Shown piece by piece: positions 1 to 10,247 of a stretch of 64,000 bases of DNA. Made by a program: the position numbers and the translations under genes. Below the pieces are notes generated by a model, which saw nothing but the letters and a program-made list of their open reading frames with translations, was not told where the DNA came from and ran no database searches. Every line of letters begins with the position of its first letter. Positions within the stretch are counted from its first letter, which is position 1. Source of the DNA: Candidatus Veblenbacteria bacterium (GTDB lineage Bacteria; Patescibacteriota; Patescibacteriia; Veblenbacterales; UBA10138); assembly GCA_037439965.1 (NCBI GenBank), contig JBBIVB010000001.1:31895-95894 (forward strand), given 5' to 3'.

Positions 1-2
1 TT

Positions 3-317
3 GGTAAATTTATTCGTTCCTGGAGTCTTGATGAACTTCCTCAATTTTTTAATGTACTCTTAGGGCAAATGAGTTTAGTAGGCCCAAGGCCTCACGAACC
101 GCAAGAGGTGGCAAAATATCAAACTAATCATAAAAAAGTACTAAGCATTAAGCCCGGTATTACTGGATTGGCTCAAATTTCTGGTCGTTCTAGTTTAAGT
201 TTTATTGATGAGGTACGCCTGGATAGCTTTTATATAGAGAACTGGTCTTTATTTTATGATTTATTTATCTTGCTTAAAACAATAGTAGTAATTTTTCAAA
301 GGAAATATGCAGCATGA
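3..317 (+). CDS. Polyprenyl-phosphate sugar transferase (WcaJ/WbaP-like), 5'-truncated by window edge
   Basis: Frame is open from the window start: GKFIRSWSLDELPQFFNVLLGQMSLVGPRP...KPGITGLAQISGR, the bacterial sugar transferase motifs. Confidence 0.93.
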   Translation, partial: GKFIRSWSLDELPQFFNVLLGQMSLVGPRPHEPQEVAKYQTNHKKVLSIKPGITGLAQISGRSSLSFIDEVRLDSFYIENWSLFYDLFILLKTIVVIFQRKYAA

Positions 318-1414
318 ATAAAAATTTATCTATTGCTTTAGCTCATGATCATTTAAACCAGTTTGGCGGCGCTGAACAGGTTTTAGCACAATTGCATAAA
401 TTATTTCCCCGAGCTCCTGTTTATACCGTGATGTTTGATGCAAAAGTAGTAGGTAAGGGGTTTGCTAATTGGGATATCCGTACTTCTTTTTTGCAAAGAG
501 TGCCAGCTGTTACCAGATGGTTTAAATGGTATCTAACTTTTATTCCGGCGGCGGTAGAGCACTTAGATTTATCTAACTATAATTTAGTTATTAGTTCCTG
601 TTCTGCTTTAATTAAAGGTTTGGTGTTAAAACCAGATGCTACCCATATTTGTTATTGCCATACACCTACCAGATACCTTTGGAGCGATACCCATCAATAT
701 ACAGAGGATTTAGAGCAGCCGAAAATCATTAAAAAAATCTTGCCAATGATTTTAACTAAACTACGACAATGGGATCAATTAGCAGCGCAAAGAGTTGATT
801 ATTTTATTGCTAATTCTGAATTTGTAGCGCGTCGTATAAATAAATACTATCATCGGCAGGCTGAAGTGATTTATCCGCCGGTTAATTTAGCTAACTTCAA
901 ACCTAGCTCTAAAATAGAAGATTATTATCTAGTAGTATCAAGGTTACGACCTTATAAACGGGTAGATCTAGCTATTAAAGCATTTAATAAATTAGGTATT
1001 CCATTAAAAATAATTGGTACAGGTCAACAATATCAAACCTTAAAAAAAATAGCTAAAGGTAATATAGAATTCTTAGGCCAAGTATCAGAAGCAGAAAAAG
1101 CGCATTATCTAAGTCATGCTCGAGCTTTAATTTTTCCACAAGAAGAAGATTTTGGTATTACAGCGGTAGAATCTTTAGCCTCTGGCAGACCAGTTATAGC
1201 TTATGCTGCTGGAGGCGTTTTAGAGATTTTAAAAGATGGTATTAGTGGCAAATTTTTTACTGAACAAACCTGGCAAGCTTTAGCCGACACTGTAATTAGA
1301 TTTAAGCCAGAAAATTTTGAGACAGACCGAATACTGTCTGAATCGTTAAAATTTGATAGTAAGGTTTTCTCTGATAAATTAAACACTTTTATCAATAAAG
1401 TTACAGCTAAATGA
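314..1414 (+). CDS. Glycosyltransferase family 4 (GT-B)
   Basis: HDHLNQFGGAE N-terminus, CHTPTRYLW, EEDFGITAVESLASGRPVIAY. Confidence 0.92.
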   Translation: MNKNLSIALAHDHLNQFGGAEQVLAQLHKLFPRAPVYTVMFDAKVVGKGFANWDIRTSFLQRVPAVTRWFKWYLTFIPAAVEHLDLSNYNLVISSCSALIKGLVLKPDATHICYCHTPTRYLWSDTHQYTEDLEQPKIIKKILPMILTKLRQWDQLAAQRVDYFIANSEFVARRINKYYHRQAEVIYPPVNLANFKPSSKIEDYYLVVSRLRPYKRVDLAIKAFNKLGIPLKIIGTGQQYQTLKKIAKGNIEFLGQVSEAEKAHYLSHARALIFPQEEDFGITAVESLASGRPVIAYAAGGVLEILKDGISGKFFTEQTWQALADTVIRFKPENFETDRILSESLKFDSKVFSDKLNTFINKVTAK

Positions 1415-2559
1415 AGTTAGGAGTTGATATTAGATGTTTACAAGACCGCCATTGGACCGGTGTAGCTTTGTATACCAGAAATATTTTAAAACAATTTACG
1501 GTCATACTAGGACAAGATTTAGAAATTGGCTTATTTGCCAATGCTTTAAAGCTTACTTGGGGTGGTAAAGTTGATGATTTAGGTTTAATAGCTTGCTCGC
1601 ATTTGCCCAATAGCTTGTTAAATTCTTTATGGCAAGTTAATTTAGGCCCCGCATTAGACACTATTTTAACAAAACATAATTTTAAACCACGAATCGTCTG
1701 GCTGCCTAATTTACATTTTTTCAAATTATCCCCACAGGTTATCAAGGCGGTTACTATTCACGATTTATCTTTTATCCATTTTCCACAATTTTTTTCCTGG
1801 AAAAAACGAGTTTGGTATCTAAATTACATTACTAAACAGGTTAGGTATGGCTTAAAAGATTTTTCTTTAATCTTGACAATATCACAACACACTGCTGATG
1901 ATTTTAGTAACCTACGTCCAGATTTAGCTAAAAGGGTGGTAGCAATTAAGCTTGGAGTAAACAAAGAATTTTTTATTTCTCAAAACCCAACACAAATACA
2001 AGCAGTTAAAGCTAAATTTAATCTACCAGATAATTATTTATTAACCGTAGGCACATTAGAGCCCAGAAAAAATCATTTATTGTTACTTAAAGTATTTGAA
2101 GAATTATGCCGGCAGGACAACTCTTTATCTTTGGTTATAGCTGGTGTTCGCGGTTGGCAATGGAAACCTATTATAAATTTCTGGCAAAAAATGGTATACA
2201 AAGACAAAGTGCATTTTATAGGCTATGTGGCGCACAGCGATAAGGCCGCTTTGTATGCCGGAGCGCAGCTGTTTCTTTATCCTTCTTTTTATGAAGGTTT
2301 TGGTTTTCCTCCACTTGAAGCTATGGCGTGCGGCGTTCCCACCTTAGTTTCCTCAGTGAGTTCGTTACCAGAAGTGGTACAAGATGGTGCAGTTCTTCTT
2401 GATCCTTGGATTCCAGATGAATGGTTGTATACTATAAGATATATCTTGGATAATAAAGACTACGCTAGTAAATTAGCTAAACGCGGCCAAGATGTAGCCC
2501 GGGGTTACAGTTGGGCTGATACAGCCAATAAAATTTTAACTGAATTCAATAAATTATGA
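1411..2559 (+). CDS. Glycosyltransferase family 4 (mannosyltransferase-like)
   Basis: TIHDL, VGTLEPRKN, YEGFGFPPLEAMACGVP. Confidence 0.92.
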   Translation: MKLGVDIRCLQDRHWTGVALYTRNILKQFTVILGQDLEIGLFANALKLTWGGKVDDLGLIACSHLPNSLLNSLWQVNLGPALDTILTKHNFKPRIVWLPNLHFFKLSPQVIKAVTIHDLSFIHFPQFFSWKKRVWYLNYITKQVRYGLKDFSLILTISQHTADDFSNLRPDLAKRVVAIKLGVNKEFFISQNPTQIQAVKAKFNLPDNYLLTVGTLEPRKNHLLLLKVFEELCRQDNSLSLVIAGVRGWQWKPIINFWQKMVYKDKVHFIGYVAHSDKAALYAGAQLFLYPSFYEGFGFPPLEAMACGVPTLVSSVSSLPEVVQDGAVLLDPWIPDEWLYTIRYILDNKDYASKLAKRGQDVARGYSWADTANKILTEFNKL

Positions 2560-3656
2560 AAATAGCTTTTGATGCTAGATTATTTGGTATAAGGCATAGG
2601 GGTATCGGCATGTATACCGAGAATCTATTAATTACTTTAAAAGAGAAGGATCAAACTAATAATTATTATATTCTAGGAGGAGAGAATGCTAATTACCTAG
2701 CGTCAGCTAATTGGCAATTAATTAAAGCTGATTGTAGAGTTTATAGTTGTCGGGAGCAAATATTAATACCTAAGTTAATAAATAAATTAAAGCCAGATTT
2801 AGTTCATTATCCGCATTTTAATGTACCGCTTTGTAGTCAGCGACCGTTTATAGTTACAGTGCATGATTTAATACTTCATCAATTTCCTAATGAACGGGCT
2901 TCTACTTTACCTAAGTGGCTATATTGTTTTAAATTAGCTATCTATCATCTGGTAGTAAAGCGCGCGCTTACTAAAGCTCTAGCTATTATTACTGTTAGCC
3001 AGAGTGTTAAAGAGGATATTATTAAGTATTATCCACAAGTAGCTTCTAAGATTAAGGTAATTTATGAAGCTCCGGCTTTATTACCTAAAGATATACCTAA
3101 AGATCGAAAGGAACGTTTAATTAAAGAGGATTATTGGCTTTATGTTGGTGCTGCTTATCCTCATAAAAACTTAAGTTTATTGCTAAGAGCTTTTACTAAA
3201 GCCAAAAAGGGTAATAGGCAATTGGTATTGGTTGGTAGACAAGATTATTTTTATCAACAGTTAAAATTATTAGCTAAAAAAGAAAAGTTAACCAAAGGAG
3301 TTATATTTTGGGGTGAAGTCAGTCAAGTTAGTCTAGCTAATTTATATGCTAACGCGGCAGGTTACTTAAGCCCTTCTTTAGCAGAAGGATTTGATTTAAG
3401 TGCTTTGCAAGCAGCTTTTTTTCATAAGCCTATTTTAGCCAGTAATATAAAAGTTCATCAAGAAATCCTTAAAGAGGCCGCGATATTTTTTGAACCACAA
3501 AACTTAGAAGACTTAACTTGCAAATTAGAGCAATTTTATCAATCACCTCCAAAATTTAATTATCAAAAACTTGAGCAAGACTTAGCAGCTAGTTTTAATT
3601 GGCAAAAAACAGCCCAAGAAACTTTGTGTTTATACCAAAACTTGAAATTGTTATAA
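2556..3656 (+). CDS. Glycosyltransferase family 4
   Basis: MKIAFDAR, TVHDL, YVGAAYPHKNL, AEGFDL. Confidence 0.9.
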   Translation: MKIAFDARLFGIRHRGIGMYTENLLITLKEKDQTNNYYILGGENANYLASANWQLIKADCRVYSCREQILIPKLINKLKPDLVHYPHFNVPLCSQRPFIVTVHDLILHQFPNERASTLPKWLYCFKLAIYHLVVKRALTKALAIITVSQSVKEDIIKYYPQVASKIKVIYEAPALLPKDIPKDRKERLIKEDYWLYVGAAYPHKNLSLLLRAFTKAKKGNRQLVLVGRQDYFYQQLKLLAKKEKLTKGVIFWGEVSQVSLANLYANAAGYLSPSLAEGFDLSALQAAFFHKPILASNIKVHQEILKEAAIFFEPQNLEDLTCKLEQFYQSPPKFNYQKLEQDLAASFNWQKTAQETLCLYQNLKLL

Positions 3657-3674
3657 GATAACCTTAAAATTAAA

Positions 3675-6215
3675 TTGATGACTAAAGCTAAAATAGAAAT
3701 TAATCCCAAACCAAAAGCCGGCAACCAATCAAAAACTTGGCAATTCAAATTAAACAGCAAAAAAAAGCTTTTGGCTGTAGAAGGTTTTAGTAATGTAATT
3801 TCCCGTCATGTAATTAATTTGCGTCAACCTAAAGTTAGTAAAACACCGCAATCATCAGAAACTACAGCTTCTTGCCTTACTGCTACTTTTAATAAACAGA
3901 CTATAAAGTTTACTAAGGCAGATGTTAAACCGGTTAACTTTTTAAATGCCCAAAGTAGCTTATGGTATGTACCGTGGGTAAAATTAGAAAAGAAATTTCC
4001 TTTGCTTAGAGGTTTAACTATTCTTTTTTTAGCTGAGGTAGTTTATTGGTTTATTTATCACTGCTTAAAGTTTTTTGTTATTATCAGCTGGAAGTTATAT
4101 TTACAAACCAGCCACATTGTTAAAAGTATTTTAGAGGATTTAGCTTATTTTTTTGAATTATTAAGTTGCTCTTTAAAATTTTTAATTACACCCTGGTCTG
4201 CTTTGAAACCACGGCCTCAAAAGATTAATACTCATTTTATAGTGCCGCAACTTAAACAAATTACTGTTTTTATATTTATTCTATTTTTAATATTAGCGCC
4301 ACTTAAAATTTTATCTTTATGGAGATCACTTACCAGTGTCAAAGGATATTTAACCTCCTATGCTAACGCGGCTTTAGGAACTTTTACTAGCGCTAGTGAA
4401 AATTTATTTTCCGGAGAATACCTTAAAGCCCGCGAAAATTTTATAACGGCGGCTAAATATGTTAATGAGGCGGTTACCAATTTAGATAAAGCGACTGAAG
4501 AAATAGGTGTGCTATTAAACAATCCTTTAATTTTAGGGGCCAAGCTTAATTCCACAGAAAAATTATTAGCTGCTGCTAAAGAATTAAGTGAGGTAGGAAT
4601 TATTTTTAGCCATACTTTTGATGTTTTATCAGAAGCATCAAACAAACAATTAAATGATATAGAATTAGCTAATAAGACCTTAGTTTTAAAACAAGCTTTA
4701 TTAGATACCCAACTAAAAATATCGCAAAGTTACTTATTATTGCAAGAAGTTAATCCTAAAGAATTCCCTAGTGACTTAGCTCAGCAAGTTACTGAACTTA
4801 AATTATTATTAGCTGATTTACAGAAATTTATCCGTAATTTTTCAGCTGTACCAGAACTGATTAGTGTCTTAGTTCCTCCAGTAGGTCAAAAAACCTACTT
4901 ATTAGTATTTCAAAATTATTCAGAATTAAGACCTAGCGGCGGATTTATTGGCAGCTTAGCTTTTATTTATTTACAAGATGGTAAAATCACTAAGATTCAG
5001 ATTCCTGGCGGAGGACCTTATGATTTACAAGGACAGTTGCCGTATAAACTTATACCCCCAAAACCCTTGACTCTAATTAATCCACTTTGGCAATTACAGG
5101 ACAGTAATTGGTATTTCGATTTTCCTAAATCAGCACAAAATATCGCTTGGTTTGTTGAACAAAGTTGGCAAATTAAATTAGATGGGGTAATCAGCCTTAA
5201 CCCCGATGTAATAATTGAATTGTTAAAATTCACCGGCCCTATTGAGTTTACTAAATATAATAAGATAATTACTGCCGAAAATTTTATTCGCGAAACACAA
5301 GAAGCGGTAGATTTAGAATATGAAAAAACCCAAAATAGACCTAAAAAATTTATTGCTGATTTAGCGCCTCTCATCTTAGATCGTTTGCTTAAAAATAATT
5401 CAAAAAATATTTTTACTATTTATCAAACACTAAGCGAGATGTTAAAGAAAAAAAGTATTCAGCTTTATGTTACCGATACAACTGCAGAACAATTAATTAC
5501 CGATTTAGGCTGGGATGGGAGAGTGGCTCAATACGGCGGTGATTATTTAGCTATCGTACGTACTAACATTGGCGGCGGCAAAACTGATTTAGTCATAGAA
5601 GAAAAAGTTAACCATCAACTAACCATTAATCCAGATGGCCGATTAATAGCCACAATTAATTTTACCAGACATCATTTAGGCGATCCTTTTGATATATTTT
5701 ATCAGCGGCAAAATGTTTCCTGGCTTAAATTTTATGTACCCCAGAATAGTATTTTATTAGAAGCTAAAGGCTTTGATACTATAGAGGCCAATCGTTTTAA
5801 AACTGTGCCAGCAGAAGCTTTTGAGCACAATCTTTTTTCTGACGATCAAATAATAGAGCAGGTTAATAATTCTTCTACCACCATCGGGCAAGAATATGGC
5901 AAAACTTATTTTGCTAACTGGTTAACTTTAAAACCTGGCGAAAGTAAAACTGTTACGCTTACTTATCAACTACCATTTACTTTAGCAGACTTAACAGATG
6001 ATAATAAATTTTATAATTATCAAATATTTTTTCAAAGACAATCAGGAGTGAAGCCTCTATCTTTTACTACTACTGTTAATAAACCAGTTGATTTAATAGT
6101 TAAATGGCAAGAAGCATCTGGAAATTTACAGGTAATGGGAAAGCCGTTTCACTGGCAGGGTGATTGGCAAACCGATAGCTATTATGCTCTATTATTAGAG
6201 AAAATTAAGGAGTGA
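3675..6215 (+). CDS. DUF4012-like membrane-anchored protein
   Basis: TM segments, then YLLVFQNYSELRPSGGFIGS, DSNWYFDFP, NIGGGKTD motifs. Confidence 0.8.
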   Translation: MMTKAKIEINPKPKAGNQSKTWQFKLNSKKKLLAVEGFSNVISRHVINLRQPKVSKTPQSSETTASCLTATFNKQTIKFTKADVKPVNFLNAQSSLWYVPWVKLEKKFPLLRGLTILFLAEVVYWFIYHCLKFFVIISWKLYLQTSHIVKSILEDLAYFFELLSCSLKFLITPWSALKPRPQKINTHFIVPQLKQITVFIFILFLILAPLKILSLWRSLTSVKGYLTSYANAALGTFTSASENLFSGEYLKARENFITAAKYVNEAVTNLDKATEEIGVLLNNPLILGAKLNSTEKLLAAAKELSEVGIIFSHTFDVLSEASNKQLNDIELANKTLVLKQALLDTQLKISQSYLLLQEVNPKEFPSDLAQQVTELKLLLADLQKFIRNFSAVPELISVLVPPVGQKTYLLVFQNYSELRPSGGFIGSLAFIYLQDGKITKIQIPGGGPYDLQGQLPYKLIPPKPLTLINPLWQLQDSNWYFDFPKSAQNIAWFVEQSWQIKLDGVISLNPDVIIELLKFTGPIEFTKYNKIITAENFIRETQEAVDLEYEKTQNRPKKFIADLAPLILDRLLKNNSKNIFTIYQTLSEMLKKKSIQLYVTDTTAEQLITDLGWDGRVAQYGGDYLAIVRTNIGGGKTDLVIEEKVNHQLTINPDGRLIATINFTRHHLGDPFDIFYQRQNVSWLKFYVPQNSILLEAKGFDTIEANRFKTVPAEAFEHNLFSDDQIIEQVNNSSTTIGQEYGKTYFANWLTLKPGESKTVTLTYQLPFTLADLTDDNKFYNYQIFFQRQSGVKPLSFTTTVNKPVDLIVKWQEASGNLQVMGKPFHWQGDWQTDSYYALLLEKIKE

Positions 6216-6227
6216 AGTAATAAAGTC

Positions 6228-6256
6228 TTGACAAAACGTTACTTTGGGTGTAGTCT
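6228..6256 (+). promoter_or_regulatory. sigma70 promoter driving the putative ncRNA
   Basis: TTGACA (6228-6233), 17-bp spacer, TAGTCT (6251-6256). Confidence 0.75.
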
Positions 6257-6261
6257 AATAA

Positions 6262-6632
6262 GTTGTCATATATTGTCAAAAGATAAATGGAGGAATTTGG
6301 GAATGTACGGGAAGCCTGTACGATTAAAATCAACATAGATTTAAATTGTACTCTTCACTAGTTTGAACACCACTTTAATTAGGTCACTTCAAGCCTTTCT
6401 CAAACCTCCAGTTATCTTTTGACAATTTTTATTAGTCAAAACCCCACCCGGCTATCAAACTAACGGGTACTCCAATGCTCTTTATTTCATAATTTTCCTG
6501 TAAATACAGGAAACTCGTCTAATTTATTTTAGGCGAACAACTCTCTTCTCAATTCTATTAAAAATAGAATTAAAGAATGAAGTAATTAGTATTAAGAGTT
6601 CTTCTGTTAATTGGTAGCCAGGTGTGGTTTTG
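6262..6632 (+). ncRNA. Putative large structured RNA, two long-stem multibranch domains, family unknown
   Basis: 6272-6303 pairs with 6397-6426; 6437-6490 pairs with ~6577-6632; several internal hairpins; G-U wobble pairs fit the + strand. Confidence 0.6.
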
Positions 6633-6671
6633 TATTCATTTTTTAAGAAAAAACGCTATAATTAATTTGTT

Positions 6672-8261
6672 ATGGATACAGCAACTGTACCATCGGTACC
6701 TAAATTTAGTGTTAGCACTAATGCATTAATTATTGGTTTCTTTTCTGTAGTTTCCAGAATTTTAGGGCTGTTGCGCGATCGTTTATTAGCTTCGCATTTT
6801 GGTGCTGGCGATGTATTGGATGCTTACTATGCTGCTTTTAAGCTACCTGATTTTATTTTTAATATATTTATTTTAGGGGCTTTGTCGTCTGCTTTTATTC
6901 CGGTATTTATTGAAGCCAGAAAACATCAAGGGGAAAGCATGGCTTGGCAAATAACCAATACTGTTTTGAACTTTCTTTTGTTGGTAATGTCTATTTTATG
7001 TTTGCTGAGTATCATCTTTGCTCCGCTATTTGTACCGGTCTTAACACCTGGATTTAGTCTAGCCAAACAAGCCCTAACTATTAATTTAACGCGTTTAATG
7101 ATGGTGGCCATAATTTTTTTGGCAGTAAGTAATTTATTTGGCGCCGTACTTAACTCCTATAAAAGATTTATTGCCTATGGCTTAGCTCCTGTGCTATACA
7201 ATATTGGCATTATCTTGGGTTTATTTATCTTGGTGCCGTTTTTTGGGCCATCTGGCTTAGCTGGTGGTGTATTATTAGGTGCTATACTTCATACTGCCTG
7301 TCAATTACCAACTATACGCCGTTTAGGTTGGCGTTGGGGTCTTAAATTTTTTCTGGCTGACTATTATTTCCAAAAAATCATTCGTTTAATGATTCCTCGC
7401 ACCTTAGGACTTGCTGTTTACTCTATTAATCAACTAGTGATTACTTATTTTGCTTCACTTTTGGCTAGTGGTAGTCTAGCTGCCTTTGTTTTAGCTACCA
7501 ACTTACAAAGTTTTCCTATTAATGTTTTTGGTGTGTCATTGGCCATAGCAGTTTTTCCTATCTTTAGTGAGTCCTTTGCTAATAACAAAAAACAAGAATT
7601 AATAGAACATTTAGCTAATTCTCTTAAAAGGGTATTGTTTTTCACTATACCTTTAAGCGTACTATTTTTAGTACTAAGAGCCCAAGTAGTTAGAATAATT
7701 TTAGGCAGTGGCAATTTTGATTGGGGAGATACTATTAACACCGCTAATGTTTTTGCCTTCCTCTCATTATCTTTAGTAGCAGAAAGTTTATTACCTCTTA
7801 TAGCTCGCGCCTTTTACGCTCAACACGATACTAAAACTCCAGTCATGGTTAGTATCTTAAGTGTCTTTTTAAATTTAACCTTGGCAACCTTTTTAATTAA
7901 GCCTTTGGGTATCTCCGGACTAGCTATAGCTTATGTTTCTTCTACCATCATCAACTTTTTAATCTTAACTTATTTATTAAGTAAACGTTTAAGCTATATG
8001 AATGCTAAAAGTATTGTTAATTCAGGCTGGCAGATGTTACAAGCCAGCTTGTTAGCGGGGATGGTCTGTTATGGTATTTTACATTTACTAGCACCCTTGG
8101 TAGATATGCATTCCTTTGCGGGGATTTTTATTCAAGGCGTATCAGCTGGTTTGGCCGGTTTATTAACCTATCTGTTTGTGGCTCATAAACTAAAAATTCA
8201 GGAGGTGTGTTTTGTTAAAAAATATCTTAATCTAATTTTAGCTAAATTAAAATTAGCTTGA
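6672..8261 (+). CDS. murJ: Lipid II flippase MurJ (MviN)
   Basis: SRILGLLRDRLLASHFGAG..DAYYAAFKLPD, GALSSAFIPVF, RAFYAQHDTKTP. Confidence 0.95.
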   Translation: MDTATVPSVPKFSVSTNALIIGFFSVVSRILGLLRDRLLASHFGAGDVLDAYYAAFKLPDFIFNIFILGALSSAFIPVFIEARKHQGESMAWQITNTVLNFLLLVMSILCLLSIIFAPLFVPVLTPGFSLAKQALTINLTRLMMVAIIFLAVSNLFGAVLNSYKRFIAYGLAPVLYNIGIILGLFILVPFFGPSGLAGGVLLGAILHTACQLPTIRRLGWRWGLKFFLADYYFQKIIRLMIPRTLGLAVYSINQLVITYFASLLASGSLAAFVLATNLQSFPINVFGVSLAIAVFPIFSESFANNKKQELIEHLANSLKRVLFFTIPLSVLFLVLRAQVVRIILGSGNFDWGDTINTANVFAFLSLSLVAESLLPLIARAFYAQHDTKTPVMVSILSVFLNLTLATFLIKPLGISGLAIAYVSSTIINFLILTYLLSKRLSYMNAKSIVNSGWQMLQASLLAGMVCYGILHLLAPLVDMHSFAGIFIQGVSAGLAGLLTYLFVAHKLKIQEVCFVKKYLNLILAKLKLA

Positions 8262-8271
8262 TATTTTATTT

Positions 8272-10077
8272 ATGGATTCATCTTTAATTCGTAACTTTTG
8301 CATTATTGCACATATTGATCATGGTAAATCAACTTTAGCTGATAGATTTTTAGAATTAACTGAAACAGTGGCTAAACGAGAAATGAAGGAACAGGTTTTA
8401 GACCAAATGGATATAGAAAGGGAACGGGGGATTACTATTAAATTAACGCCGGTATTAATGAAATGGCAAAATTATTATTTAAATTTAATAGATACCCCAG
8501 GTCATGTTGATTTTAATTATGAGGTTTCTCGCTCGCTTGCTTGTGTTGAAGGGGCTATACTCTTAGTCGACGCTACACAAGGCATTCAAGCACAAACTTT
8601 AGCTAATTTGCATTTAGCACAAAACGCTGGTTTGGTAATTATTCCAGTGATTAACAAAATTGATTTACCTAATGCTCAAATAGAACAAACTGCCGAAGAA
8701 ATAGCTAATTTATTAAATATAAATAAATCAACTATTCATCAAATATCAGCTAAAACCGGCACTGGGGTTAAAGAATTGTTAAATAGTATTATTAAGCTGG
8801 TACCACCACCAAAATCAATTAATAATCAGTTTGCGGCTTTGATCTTTGACTCGCATTATGATGAATGGCGCGGGGTTGTAGCCTCTGTTAGAATTATGTC
8901 TGGTAGTATTAAAGCTGGTGATAAATATTGGCTAACAGGCAGTAAAATTACCGGTGAAGTATTGGAAGTAGGAATCTATAATCCTAAAAGCCAATCAGTA
9001 AAAGAACTAACCAGCGGTCAGATAGGCTATTTAGTTACTGGAGTAAAAAAAATTGAATTAGTGCGAGTGGGTGATACAGTAGCAAAAGAACAAGGGCAGA
9101 GAGTTTTAGCTGGTTATCAAGAGCCAAAACCAATGGTTTTTGCTGGTTTTTATCCTGCTGGCAGGGGAGAGAGTAAAAATTTACGAGATAGTTTAACTAA
9201 ATTAAAACTCAATGATGCTAGCCTAATTTTTGAACCTGAAAATTCTCAAGCATTAGGTTTTGGTTTTAGAGTTGGTTTTTTAGGCTTACTACATTTAGAA
9301 ATCACCAAGGAGCGGCTAAAGCGAGAATTCGCTATACAGCCAGTAATTACCTCGCCTTCTGTGGCTTACCAAATAGAACTGAATGATAACCAACGTATAA
9401 CAGTTAAAGGTGCGGCTGAATTACCGCCTGAATATAAAATTAAAAAAATATACGAGCCATATGTCATTATGGAAATTATCTGCCCGCAAATATATTTAGG
9501 CAATGTGATGACGTTAGTGCAAGAATATCGTGGTGTTTGGCAAAATACTAACTACCTATCTGCTGGAGTTAATAAAAAATCCGACCGCGCTATCTTAAAA
9601 TATTACGCTCCGTTATCTACTTTGTTATTAGATTTTTATGACCAGTTAAAAAGCGTTAGCCAAGGTTATGCCTCGTTAAATTATGAATTTTTAGAATACC
9701 GTCCTTGCTGTATTAAAAAATTAGATATTCTTATTGCCGACGAAATAGTTGAATCACTAGCTACGTTAGTTTATGAAGATGAGGCTTATTTCAGAGCGCG
9801 AGCCATAGTTACCAAATTAAAAGAAATAATCCCCAGACAAATGTTTGAAGTAAAGATTCAAGCTAGCCTAGGGGGCAAAATAATAGCTGCTGAAAGATTA
9901 TCTGCTATGCGTAAAGATGTATTAAAACGCGCTTCTTCTGGCGGTGACGTAACGCGTAAAATAAAATTATTGCAAAAACAAAAAAGAGGCAAAAAGCGAA
10001 TGCGGGAACAAGGCCACGTCACTATTCCCCAAGAGGCTTATCTTAGTTTATTAACCAAACAAATTAAAACTGAATAG
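8272..10077 (+). CDS. lepA: Elongation factor 4 (LepA)
   Basis: IRNFCIIAHIDHGKSTLADR, ERERGITIK, LGFGFRVGFLGLLH, IPRQMFEV. Confidence 0.98.
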   Translation: MDSSLIRNFCIIAHIDHGKSTLADRFLELTETVAKREMKEQVLDQMDIERERGITIKLTPVLMKWQNYYLNLIDTPGHVDFNYEVSRSLACVEGAILLVDATQGIQAQTLANLHLAQNAGLVIIPVINKIDLPNAQIEQTAEEIANLLNINKSTIHQISAKTGTGVKELLNSIIKLVPPPKSINNQFAALIFDSHYDEWRGVVASVRIMSGSIKAGDKYWLTGSKITGEVLEVGIYNPKSQSVKELTSGQIGYLVTGVKKIELVRVGDTVAKEQGQRVLAGYQEPKPMVFAGFYPAGRGESKNLRDSLTKLKLNDASLIFEPENSQALGFGFRVGFLGLLHLEITKERLKREFAIQPVITSPSVAYQIELNDNQRITVKGAAELPPEYKIKKIYEPYVIMEIICPQIYLGNVMTLVQEYRGVWQNTNYLSAGVNKKSDRAILKYYAPLSTLLLDFYDQLKSVSQGYASLNYEFLEYRPCCIKKLDILIADEIVESLATLVYEDEAYFRARAIVTKLKEIIPRQMFEVKIQASLGGKIIAAERLSAMRKDVLKRASSGGDVTRKIKLLQKQKRGKKRMREQGHVTIPQEAYLSLLTKQIKTE

Positions 10078-10247
10078 CTGGGGCAATCGTTAAAATAACC
10101 ATTGTCAAAGCTACGATGATTGATAAAATTATCCAGAATCTTCTTATGGTTTTGGAGCGCATAATATAAGAATATCTTTTTTATAATAAAAAGAAAAGAG
10201 TTAAATTATATTTTAAGAAATAGTGTTAATATGTTATAATTTAATCT

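Noticed and set aside
6262-6632. Reading the inverted repeats as MITE or IS ends
   Set aside because: Strand-biased G-U pairing, internal hairpins, a dedicated promoter and no evident target-site duplication favour an RNA structure
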